In this document: positions 40,873 through 53,079 of the stretch, in pieces
How the letters are laid out: every line of letters starts with the position of its first letter
Numbering within the stretch: the stretch's first letter is position 1
Assembly: GCA_951406725.2 (NCBI GenBank)
Contig: OX597822.1
Location: 57,722,001-57,786,000 of the forward strand
Length of the DNA: 64,000 nt
Direction: 5' to 3'
From: Octopus vulgaris
Taxonomy: Eukaryota
Program-made: the position numbers and the translations under genes
Notes under the pieces: generated by a model
Told to the model about the DNA's origin: nothing
Seen by the model: the letters and a program-made list of their open reading frames with translations, nothing else
Database searches by the model: none

Positions 40873-41109
40873 GCCACCAACCCCGTCAGTGTTCCCTGCC
40901 CAGAAAATCTTGTACCTGTGTTCCTGCCCAGAAAATCTTAAATAACTGTTGTCATAGTCATGTGATTAACAAGCTATCTTTATTATCATATTGTTATAAG
41001 TTGATCTCAGAGTGCAGCATCTTAGGGAAGTATTTCATACTATAACCTTCTTGTGAGTGAAATTTGGCAAATGGAAACCAAAATGCATAACTTTGCACTT
41101 TGATAAAAT

Positions 41110-41153
<44 letters not shown>

Positions 41154-42465
41154 TTAGTGTTGGGTGTCCATGCTGACATGGGTTGGACAGTTTGACAGGA
41201 CTGGTAGCTGGAAGGTTGCACCAGACTCCAGTCTGATTTGGCATGGTTTCTATGGCTGGATGCCCTTCCTAATGCCAACCACTCTGAGTGTGTACTGGGT
41301 GCTTTTACATGCCACCAGTCCAGGTGCCATTCGTGTGACACCAGTATCTGCCATCGCTGCAATTTTAATTGGCTTGATGGGTTTCCTTCTCAAGCACAAC
41401 ATAATGCCAAGGGTCTTGGTCATTGCCTCCATGAGGCCCAACACTTAGAAGGAGCTTTTCGCATGCAACTGGCATCAGCCACTTTGCCTCTGTGAGGCTC
41501 AATGCTCAAAAGGTGCTTTTTACGTGCCACTGACAAAGGTGCCTGTTATGTGACACCAGCATCAGCCATGACTACGATTACACTTGACTTGACAGATCTT
41601 CTGAAGCACAGCATATTACCAAAGGTTTCAGTCACTGGTGAGGCCCAAAGTTTGAAGACCATGCTTTACCATGTCGTCCCATGTCTTCCTGGGTCTACCT
41701 CTACTACAGGCTCCCTCCATAGTTAGAGATCAGCACTTCTTTACAAAGCTATCCTCATCCATACACATCACATGACCTTACCAGTGCAGTCATCTTTCTT
41801 GCACACCATATCTAATGCTACTTATGTCCAACTTTTCTCTCAAGATGCTTACACTCTGTCAAACATGCACACTGACGTTGCACATCCAGTGAAACATACT
41901 GGTTTCATTTCTTTGAAGCCTATGCATGTCCTCCACTGTCACAGTCCATGTTTCACTGCTGTATAGCATAGCTGTTCACACACTGGCATCATACAATCTA
42001 CCTTTAACTCTGAGGAAGAGTACTTTGTTGCCGGCAGAGGTAGGAGCTCTCTGAACTTTGCCCAGCTTAATCTTATTCTCAAAGCTACACTCTCAGAATA
42101 TCCACCTCCACTACTGACTTAGTCACCTAGATAACAGAAGCTATCAACTATTTCTAGTTTTTCTCCTGGCATGTGATGGAATATGTTTTCTGTACATTTT
42201 TGGTGATTATTGTACCTGTGCATCTTCCGCACACAAAAGCTATTTTCCCTGTTAACCATCCCCTGATATTGCCGCATCTCTTTTGTGTCCATAGCTTCCA
42301 CCAGGTACATCTTATGGAATTCCTACCTACGCTTTTCCTACAGATCAAGCAGAGTTGTCTACTTGAAGGAATTTGTGGTTTGTCTACCTTCCTACTTACT
42401 AAGACTTTGGTTTTTGCTAGGTTAACTCTAAGGCTCCTCTAGACCTTGTTTCCATACCTGAAACT
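41110..42465 (-). mobile_element. Older degenerate RTE 3' fragment of the same family
   Basis: Frameshifted homology to the intact ORF (ICRKSVGRNSIRC...LTGKIAFVCGRC, EKLEIVDSFCYLGD), with the shared 3' end and (GAT)n tail. Confidence 0.88.
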
Positions 42466-42899
42466 TTATAGCATAATCACAATCCAATGACTGACACCAG
42501 TAATGAATAAAATAATTATAAATATACTTCAGTCCTATATATGTATGTAATTATAATTCATATAATATTATAGACATATGATAGCCAATATATTATATGA
42601 ACTGATTTTATGCCAAAAAAGAAGAGCAATCATCGGATATGGTTATATAGAAAAGTATGGCCTTTTGACCATTCAGCTATATTTGATGATTATTGAATTT
42701 GCCTCTCCTTCTTCAGCATGAAACCATTTGATAATATATTGACTATCATGAGACTAGAATTTTACAAAAATATTAATAATATACCCACTCTATTACCTAA
42801 TATATGAGTGCCTGTTTTCTTCTGACATATGAAACATTTGGACAACTATGTATAGGTTTGGTGATGCAAATAGTCACTCTGTTGCTTCTGCTAAATATT

Positions 42900-42946
<47 letters not shown>

Positions 42947-43357
42947 ATTCTGTTTATAATACAATGAATACCTATGTATTTTGTACTTATATAAAACTAG
43001 CAGAGATACCCAGCCTTGCTCAGGATTAAAATGGCATAGATTTTTATTGCTTTACTTGTTTCAGTCATGTGACTGCAGCCATGCTGGAGCACTGCCATTG
43101 GTTGAAGAAATCAACCACAGGATTTATTGTTTGTAAGCCTAGTACTCATTCTGTCAGTGTCTTTTACCAAACCGCTAAGTTGCAGGAATGTAAACACAGC
43201 AACATCAGTTGTCAAGCAATAGTGGGGGTACAAACACAAGACACAGGCACACACATACACACATATAGACATATATATGACAGTCTTCTTTCAGTTTCTG
43301 AATACGAAATCCACTCACAAGGTTTTGGTTGGCTCGAGGCTATAATAAGCATGACTA

Positions 43358-43955
43358 GTGAGACCATAACCCATGGCCTCTACCTGGTATGTAGCCAGTC
43401 GACTTATACATACCTTTCCTTCTTGGGACACAAAACTCCACTTGTGAAGACCCGTTGAGGCAAGTGAAAATCAAAATCAAAATCAAAATCAAATCAAATC
43501 AAATCAGATATCAGAAAGCAGAACCAAAATCGAAGTCGATCAACATCAATGGAAATTGCAGCTGTGATACCAGTGCCAGTGACAAGTAAGCGAACCATCC
43601 GATCGTGGCCATTGCCAGCGCCGCCCCGACTGGCCTCCGTACCAGTGGAACATAAAAAGCACCATCCGTTCGTGGCTGTTGCCAGTCTCGCCTGGCCCCC
43701 ATGCCGGTGGCACGTAAAATGCACCATCCGTCCATGGCCGTTTGCCAGCCCCGTCTGGCACCTGTGCAGGTGGCACATAAAAAGCACCCACTACACTCAC
43801 AGAGTGGTTGGCGTTAGGAAGGGCATCTAGCCGTAGAAACACTGCCAGATCAGACTGGGCCTGATGCAGCCTTCTGGCTTCCCAGACCCCAGTTGAACCG
43901 TCCAACCCATGCTAGCATGGAAAGCGGACGCTAAATGATGATGATGATGATGATA
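43358..43955 (+). mobile_element. RTE-family 3' UTR fragment in opposite orientation
   Basis: Reverse-complement match to 37216-37500 (gtggttggcgttaggaagggcatc...ccgtccaacccatgctagcatgg) with a (GAT)n tail. Confidence 0.85.
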
Positions 43956-43967
43956 TATATATATATA

Positions 43968-45690
43968 TATATTATGTTAAATTAGAGATAAAACCACTAT
44001 TAGGCAAATCAAACAGTGAAAAACATAAGCCAATACATAAAATTAATTTTAAAATATAAAAGTTAAAATTTAAAAAATTATTTAAATAATTTAAACTTAT
44101 AAATTTTAAATATATATATATACAAATATATATTTGTTCCTCACACTTAATGAATTCTTCAACAATTTATTCTTTTTTTGCTAATAATGTAATTCCATGA
44201 GTATTATTATAAACGCTGTAAAGACGTTTTCCAATTCAAAATTTTAGTTCATTATAAAACCTCGCTAAGATAAGTATTTATTTATATTTAAGATCTTTAA
44301 ATTGTAAATTTTAATATTTTCTAAGTCTTTGGTGTAATAATATTTTTCTTATGTAAATATCGTTGTTTATGTAATGATCTAATTATCGTAATTTTTTATA
44401 TAATTATTAAATATTAAATTTAAGTTTTTCGTAAGATATTACTTAGTGATAGATATGTTGTTTGATAGCAAGTATACGAGTTGTCTAAAGTTAGGTTTAT
44501 GTATATACATGTATTAATAGCATTAATTGTAGTTTTAAATTTCTTATAATTAAAATTAGATAAACTTAAATAAACTTAGATATGTTTCGACCAAAGATTG
44601 GTCCAGGCCATGTCTAACTTAATAGCATAACTTAGTTTTTGTCTTTTTAAATTGATATTTGCTAGTTCCATTCCCATTGATAAATATATTTATAGTATTT
44701 ATAGTATTTATTCGATACTATATAACTACAAATTGATTATTTCTATAAGTATTTTCAATATAAGATTTCCGAAAGTTCGTTTAAGTTTGTTTGTTTGTAT
44801 TTTTGAAATTAGCTATTTCATCTTTAAATATGAAAAATTAATTTATTAGGTTTTTATTATATGTGCATATATATTTATTTATAGAGATTATTTTAGATCT
44901 TAATTATAATATTTATATACATTTATATATTTTATTGATAATTTATATATAATAGTCATTTTTTTTTTTTTAAATATTTATGTAATTAGATATAGAATAT
45001 TACCGATATTAGATTATTGGTGGGTTTCTTACCTTAAAATTAAAATTAATATTTAACATTATAATCGATTTTGATATAATCATAATCGTTAAGTTTTAAG
45101 TTTCTAGTTTTATAATAGAGTTTATTATAAGTAAAATTATTATATTATTTATATCTTAAAAATATTGTTTAAATATTTCTGGTTATTTTTAAAATATTTC
45201 AATTAACCTGAAGATTGACTGTAACCATAATTCGAATTATTAACTGAATTTAAATTATTGTTATTCGAATTGGTACAGCCATGAAACGATCGTAGTGTTT
45301 TACTTTTTATCTTTTATAAAACTTTTAATACTTTTGATATTTATATAATTAAAAAAAAAATTAATAAATAAATAAATTAATAAATAAAATAATATATAAA
45401 TATAAAAATATACATACACACACATATATATATATATACATTTGTATATATATATTTAAAATTTATAAGTTTAAATTATTTAAATAATTTTTTAAATTTT
45501 AACTTTTATATTTTTAAATTAATTTTATGTATTGGCTTATGTTTTTCACTGTTTGATTTGCCTAATAGTGGTTTTATCTCTAATTTAATATAATATAATA
45601 TATTTATACTATAAAATTGGATTTAATCCTAAATCTAATTTTTCCCTGTAAGTTTGGATTTATTCCCTAATATTATTATTATTATATATA
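43968..45690. mobile_element. Extremely AT-rich Penelope-like element with about 158-bp inverted arms, embedded in (TA)n
   Basis: 43968-44127 is the reverse complement of 45440-45597. Hammerhead-like core at 45208-45294. No intact ORF. Confidence 0.6.
45203..45300 (+). ncRNA. Hammerhead-ribozyme-like motif (type I, long stem II, degenerate stem I)
   Basis: CTGAAGA (45208), stem II tgactgtaacca..attcgaat / attcgaattggtacagcca, then GAAAC-GATC-GTA (palindromic minimal stem III). Confidence 0.5.
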
Positions 45691-45714
45691 TATACATACA
45701 CATACACACACACA

Positions 45715-45784
<70 letters not shown>

Positions 45785-45874
45785 CATACACATACACATA
45801 TCTCTCTCTATATATATATATCCATATATATAGGAGGAGACATCATCATCATCGTTTAACGTCCGCTTTCCATG

Positions 45875-45923
<49 letters not shown>

Positions 45924-46835
45924 ATATATATAGGGGGAGACATATATATATATATATATATATATACCAGGTAACATGCTTGGTAATTCCCGGGAAAGCA
46001 GGCTTATCCCTTGGTTCCATTCTCATAATTGTTTCGCTAATCCAGTAACAACAATACAATGTATGTAGCCCTTAAAATGGTTTTTGTGTATTTATTGAGG
46101 ATACTGAACTGTCTTACAAAGGATCTTGTTTTTAGGAATTCCCAATAACTTATGAATACCCAAATTGTGAAGTCAGTTATGTAATAACATGAAATTAATT
46201 ATCCTATAGTAAGAATTCAAATAAAGTAGCCCTAAAAAGGACTTTAATATGTTCCAAGAGTATATAGAACATAGGAGGAAATACTAAACTTGTGATTCAT
46301 ATTATGTAATAACAGGCTAATCAGATATGAGATAATAAAAATTCAAAGTAATTAACTGTAAAAAAGCTTTTGTGTGTTCCTAGAGAATATGACCCTCAGC
46401 AGCGCTAGAGTTGGTATATTCGTGAATAAATCACTAACCGAAATAAGTGGATCTATTGTTTAGGAGAATACTATTAACTTGTTTAAGCCTTGTACTGGAT
46501 AAATTGAGAAAATAACTAAAATAGTTCAAATACTAAGAAATAAGTATATTCAATTTCATTTTTACCAATTAATTTACAAAGGAGGGAATGGATTATTTCT
46601 CTTGGAAGCTTAAAACCCCTAATTTATGAAGGAGAGAAGGGGTTATTTCCCTTGGAAACTCAAAATAATTACGCCTGCCGTTCAACAGTGCCCAAATGTT
46701 ATTCCTCCCGCCATTTACCCGAACATTTTTTTAAAAATCAATTTATACTTAAAACCTCTTCAGACACTTAAGCAATGTGCGTGTGAAGTTTAAGAAAAAT
46801 CAGCCAAGCTGTTTTGGTGCAAAATGAGGACATAG

Positions 46836-46838
<3 letters not shown>

Positions 46839-46896
<58 letters not shown>
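46839..46896. repeat. (CA)n microsatellite
   Basis: Direct reading. Representative of dozens of CA, TA, CT, ATT and GAT tracts in the window. Confidence 0.95.
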
Positions 46897-46897
<1 letters not shown>

Positions 46898-48829
46898 TTT
46901 CAGTTTTAATAAGTAAGATTACATATGCCTTCTATATTTATATTGGAAAACTTGTGTATGTCTTCTATCTGTAAATGACTTACGTATCATATATTTTTAC
47001 CATCTATATAGAATATTTTTGAGTATTACTTGTATTTCTGAACACTTTACTATTTGAAAATGTTAAAACATTTTATAAGAAGTTATTTAATACTATCTGA
47101 GAAACTGAATGTTTGTGAATGGTTGAGGACTAGCATAGAAATTAATTGACTAATTGGAAACCAATTAATTATCTAAACAATACAAGAAGGAAAATGCTAA
47201 ATATTTCCCTTCAGAATATCAAGGAAAAGAAAAAGAAAAAGATTGCTTGGTATTAACTATTCTTGAAATCTAAAATTAGCTTGTGAAATTAGTCTCAAAA
47301 ACAAGCAAAAAAAACAAAAAAAGAAAGGAAGACTTTCCTCTTTGTGGATGTCTTCTACCTAAGTTATACAATGTATTTAGTGGAGCAGGTAGATACTTTA
47401 ATTCTATTAGTGTAAACAACTGGAAGACCTGATTTTCCAGTATTTCATACAATGTGGGGGAAACTATTTTAATCATTAAATATATTTAAAATGTACTTGG
47501 TTCAAGATTTCTAAAGTCTCATCCTGTTTGCACTCATTAACATTTTCAGTTTACCCATACAACAATCTTACATTATGGAACTCCATTGGGGATATAACCA
47601 TGATAATGTCTAATAACAAGATGTTTGTTGACTATGCTATCAGTGATTGTGATCTTGTTTACATTCAACCACAGAACAAATAGAGAGACGGTATTTTTTA
47701 TAATAAGGTGTAAATATAGTGACAATGAAGTCAACAGTTAGCACAAGCAAGACAAACAGCATGTAGCAGCCTGCAAAGAGTGGACACAAGTTAGGGTAGA
47801 GAATTACTTGTCCAAGCAATCAGTTAACTTGTTTGGGCAGAGAGAAGAATTAATGCTGAAGAGAAGAGATTAATTAAATCAATGGCAGGGCTCAGATGCA
47901 GAAAGGACGATTGATGGGGTGGGGAGAAAGGAGATGTAATTATACAGCAAGCATGGGTAACCTTTTTTTGGGAAGCAGGCCACATGGAGCATGACTCATC
48001 ATCAGGCAGATTGCACAACTAAAAAAATTCAAGGTAATTTGTTTTGTCAAATGTGCCATTCAGAAAGTCCTACAGACTACAGTTTGCCCATGATTCATAG
48101 AGAGGAAGGAAAAGTATTCAGCAAAGAGGCTTAGCTGTTGTTACTAATAATGATAGAACATGGTGCAGAACATTCAGTTAGAGTTGGGTGGTAAACACAG
48201 TAATATAGTGCTATAAATTATGTGTTATGTATTTAATGCGTAATTGTATATGTTCTTGTTACACAATGACAAACGTATAGAAACAGATAAAGCAGAGCTC
48301 CAGCATGGGTTCAGCCATGATAGCTAAAACAAACAGAAGAAAGAACAAAAGAACACACACGAACACATTCTTACACTAAAGGATGATAAACAGGACTGCT
48401 TCATGCATATTTTCTTTTTATTATCATAACAAACTAAGCAAGACAAAACTGAAAACTAAGCATGATTGATTGAATGCGTTATTAATTAGAGAAGAAAGCA
48501 CCACCATGATGATGATGATGATGAAGGTGGTGGTGGTGTTGAGGAGGAGATGGAGGATGGCAGTGGCAGTGGTGGTGGCACAATCCAGCAATGCAACCAG
48601 ACATGTGTCAGACTACAAACGTCATGTAATGACCATAAAAATCAATATCGTTTTGTTTTCTTGATCTTAACAAAAAGGGTAGCATAAGATTGAAAAAAGA
48701 AAAGACTTAAAAATCATAAAAGCTGAGAGTCTAGTCTGCTTGATAATATTTCATTTGAAGAATGCAAACGTGGTATTGTACACATGCAACTGACAACTAG
48801 GTTTAATATATCACTAAAAAAAAACTGTC

Positions 48830-49980
48830 AAATCCTGGCAATTTAGAAAACCTCGACAATTATCTTTCTTTTGAAGCCTAGCAATGCTAAAACTAACTTA
48901 TCATCAAGCAGACCAGTGTCTTTTATCAGTTCAGTTGCAATTAAAAGTACTTTCTACTCATAATCAATTTCCATCTAAACCTCCAAGATCACCAGCATGA
49001 ATTCAGGTAACAACTCTACAACTTCAGATCTTTGCAATTCTTAGCATCCAATGCAGCTCAATTTGATTAAAAAACACTAGCTCTGGACAGTTACTGTGGC
49101 ACTACACTTAACAAAGCCTTTGATATTGTCAACCACTGCAGTTTGTGAGATTCCTATGATAACACTTTCCCAAAGAGCATTACAAGAAGCTAGCAGTGTA
49201 TTTCAGGGGTAGACAAATAAAAACAATGAGAGCAGTTATCTAAGGGTAGAATCCTGAAACTTGGAGTTTGCTGGGAAAGCTGTGCCTTTCTTTCATACTT
49301 CAAATTTAATATCTCCAAGGCACTAACACCTAAGAATGGGCAGCTCAAACTCATCAGGTAGTCCAATGCAGTTTTTGTTCCAGTCTCATCCAGATTTGAT
49401 CACCAATAGACAGAACCTGTCCAACTCCAGTATCTTTTCTGCAGGTACAGAGTACCTAAATCAACTGTGATTGTGTTCACCTCACTTCCATCAACATCTA
49501 CAAGTCCAAGTTTCTAGGAATACACTATCTGTAGAGCAACAATTAAAAGTCACATTTAACACAATGTTCACTTTCTTACCACATTGTAGAATAATGACAG
49601 GTTATGCTCAACAAAGTAACAAGGTTCTTAAATCATTGGCAGTACTTGGGAACAGAATAAATTTGCAAATATTGCAACCTACAAAATAATTGGTGGGACC
49701 AATTCTTGATTATAAATGTCCAATCTGGAGTTCCCTAGCATCAGACACATCATAAAAGAAAATGCAAGTTGTAAAAAATGCAGCTCTTCAAGAGACAACT
49801 GGTTCCCACAAAATGGTGACTGAAAACAATTATCTTGAAAATTCAGTCACATTCATAGCTTCACACTCATACCTTCCTAGTTCAAAACCTCATCAGAAGT
49901 CAGCCATATCAACAATCATCTTCAAATCCAGGTTAAAACAGAATATTAAGCAAACACTATTCCCAAAATTCAAAGAAAAA
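48830..49980 (+). mobile_element. Highly degenerate jockey/I-group LINE RT remnant
   Basis: Motif remnants in order, broken by stops and frameshifts: RPVSFISSVA, HQHEFR, VALHLTKAFDIVNH, NKVLKSLA, PILDYKCPIWS, MQVVKNAAL..TGSHKM. Confidence 0.7.
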
Positions 49981-51306
49981 GACAATTTAGAAAATTAACC
50001 ATGAAATACATGTTTGTGTCTCCTTGTCTTGACACCACATGACAGTTATAAATGAGTGTCACTGACATACATGTAGCATCATCCATTTTCAATATTCTGT
50101 AAACACATGTCCAGCCATGGAGGAATATTACCTTGCTTGGGAACAGGTGAGGGTTGGCAACAGGAAGAGCATCCAGCCATAGAAAATATGCCTCAATAAG
50201 CTCTGTCCAATCTATGCAATCATGGAAAAATGGATATTAAAATGGTGATGATGATGATGATGATGATGAAGCAATTTCACAACTTGGTAGCAGAGGATGC
50301 AATTTGAGGCTAGTAGCTTTGAATGTTACTAAGAAGCTACACACCATAAGACCATGATTAATAAAGGAGAAAAATTTCCTACCATGTAAAACAAGATGCA
50401 GTTTTTGAATCAATGGCAAATGACTATGACAGTAAAATATATTCAGGAACCACCAACACATATTCTGCATCTTTTCTTATTTCTTTATTGCCCACAAGGG
50501 GCTAAACATAGAGGGGACAAACAAGGACAGACAAAGGGATTAAGTTGATTACATCGACCCCAGTGCATAACTGGTACTTTATTTATCGACCCCGAAAGGA
50601 TGAAAGGCAACGTCAACCTCAATAGAATTTGAACTCAGAACGTAAAGACAGACAAAATACTGCTAAGCATTTCACCCAGCATGCTAACATTTCTGCCAGC
50701 CTGCCACCCTATTCTACATCTTTTCTGCAGAACATTTAATCCTACTAATCTACTAAATATACCAGATCATATCAGAATAGCTGTAGGAAAGTGATAGAAT
50801 GATTTCAATTCAAATTTCTACATTGTACTTTTGCTACGGTAAGCAGTACTACATGATAATAATGATGATGGTGATGATAATTATAATGATGATGATGATG
50901 TTGATAGTGAATGTTGGGGGGGTTTGATTATAATGATAATGATAATGATGGTGATGATGATGATGGTCTTTATATTGGCATAACATTTGGTGTTTTTTAA
51001 AAGAGCTGTGAAGTTGTGTTCTGCCAGTCATGCCTTTTCAAATAGCAACAGTGTCTGCAAATGAAACGGTTCCAACAGAGAAGTGTATACACACACACAC
51101 ACACAACACACACACACACACACACATTTACACATGCACACAACACACACATATACACACAGAAGTGTGCTCATGTACTCCTAAGCTAACAGCTTAACTG
51201 CTGGCACAGTGGAGTAGATAAATGAGTGATTGTATGAATGATAATGATAAAACATCTGGCATCTACTGCTCTGACTTAGACATAACACATTGATAACAAA
51301 GCATAA

Positions 51307-51349
<43 letters not shown>

Positions 51350-51621
51350 AATACACCTAAGCATTGAGACAACTGGGCACAGCTGTTTAGAAGTAAATTA
51401 TTCAGCATGGATGACTGGGCATTCAGTCTGTTTTGAGGACAGCACTTTTTGGCACTGGAAGCAAACACACACATACACACAGAAATAGAGACAGACAGAC
51501 AGACATGGATAGAGACAAAAAGTGTGTGTGTGTGTGTGTGAATGAGAGAAACAGCAAAACATCTGATGTCAAATAAGTCAGCATCAAATAGTAAGGCTAA
51601 AACATCTCATAGCCATACATA

Positions 51622-51854
51622 CAGGGTTTGCCATAAGTCACCCAAAAGTAAATCAAAATTCCATAAATACTATCTGTAATTCTGTGTTGACTTGAATGGG
51701 GAAATGTGTTGCTCAAGAAGGATTTCAGTTTGAACAATTTTCATGATGTTTCATAGTTAGGTGCTTTTATTAAATTCATTCAGTTGTTAAACATAAGCAA
51801 ATCTTGGAATTAAATGGTTTTGATTTACTTCCAGGTGACTTTTGGCCAAGCCTG
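51622..51854. mobile_element. Tc1/mariner-type MITE (233 bp)
   Basis: About 37-bp imperfect TIRs (cagggtttgccataagtcacc..aagtaaatcaaaa / ttttgatttactt..aggtgacttttggccaagcctg), flanked by TA. Confidence 0.8.
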
Positions 51855-52408
51855 TATATACACACATTCCCACTCAATGTACACATGCCAACATACACAC
51901 ACATCCACACCCACCCATTCACATACTCTTCAGACTGCCTCTCAAACACCCTTCTACTGACCATCCCATCTACACACACATGAAAAACACATAACTACCC
52001 ATACATACACCTGTCACCATAGCCAATGCCCTCTCACTGTGACATTAACAGACACACACAGATCACTCATATCAATACATGTAAACAATACCACACACAC
52101 ACACAGTTACCATCACATGCACACATGCTACCATGCAAGCACACACACGCTACCTTACACACACACACACACACACTCAGTTACTGCAACACACGCATAC
52201 TACCATGCACACACACACACGCGCCACTGCACACACATGCGTACACACCCACACATACACACGGATACCAAACCGGTCTTCACACTCTCCTGTCCCAGAA
52301 AGCACTTTCTCTTTGTCCATCTACTTCTGGTCATTCCAAAATGTAACTACAGGTGAGCTGTTGGTAATTTTTTTCCTCCTTTTTCTTTTGGACTTTCCTA
52401 TGTCTCCT

Positions 52409-52443
52409 GTTTCTGAAGAAGAGCTTTATTCGAAACGTAAAGC
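52409..52443 (+). ncRNA. Minimal Penelope-type hammerhead-like motif
   Basis: gttt-CTGAAGA-a-gagc-ttt-attc-GAAAC-GTA-aagc, followed by a T-rich tail running into (TA)n. Confidence 0.5.
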
Positions 52444-52592
52444 TACCACTCTTTCTTTCCTTCTCTGAGCATCTTATTAATACTTTACATGTATCACATC
52501 CTCATGGTGTTGCTTTTTTCTTGTCTTTTACTCCATTTTTTTTATTAATTATATATATACTTACATAAGGCCAAAGAGGGTACGGACGCCGC

Positions 52593-52871
52593 TATATATA
52601 TTATATGTAGAAAAATACAAACTGGGACAAGAACGTAAAACATTTAGAATACGATACAAAAAAACACGGACGGGACATTCAAAGCCTTCAATCTTCAGTC
52701 AAGAACCGGATCATCCTAGCAATTTTGGCTGATTAAATTAATCAGCTGAAATTGCTAGGATGATCCGGTTCTTGACTGAAGATTGAAGGCTTCGAATGTC
52801 CCATCCATGTTTTTTGTATCGTCTTCTAAATGTTTTACGTTCTTGTCCCAGTTTGTATTTTTCTACATATA

Positions 52872-52880
<9 letters not shown>
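52593..52880. repeat. Near-perfect palindrome, about 143-bp arms centred at 52737
   Basis: The arms are reverse complements with 6 substitutions and one 1-nt indel. 1-nt centre (gattaa-a-ttaatc), flanked by (TA)n. Confidence 0.95.
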
Positions 52881-52910
<30 letters not shown>

Positions 52911-53017
52911 TATATATATACATGTATATACATATACATATATATATATACACACACACATATATACACATGTATATACATATACATACATAAATACATA
53001 CATAAAAACATACATAA

Positions 53018-53079
<62 letters not shown>

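Larger units (their letters stand above)
37216..40939 (-). mobile_element. RTE-clade non-LTR retrotransposon, 5'-truncated, young copy
   Basis: Long uninterrupted EN-RT ORF, about 0.8 kb 3' UTR with tandem repeats, and a (GAT/GAC)n tail ending near 37216. No target-site duplication recognised. Confidence 0.93.
42997..46918 (-). mobile_element. Probable Helitron-like element interrupted by nested insertions
   Basis: 3'-type end (hairpin remnant plus CTAG|T) at 42997. 5'-type end A|TCTTACTTATTAAAACTG next to a (TG)n tract at 46918, the same layout as 14006-14368. Pairing of the two ends is inferred. Confidence 0.5.

Noticed and set aside
52775-52802. ctgaaga...ttcgaatgtc hammerhead-like text in the palindrome arms
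   Set aside because: Lacks the GAAA core and a convincing stem I.
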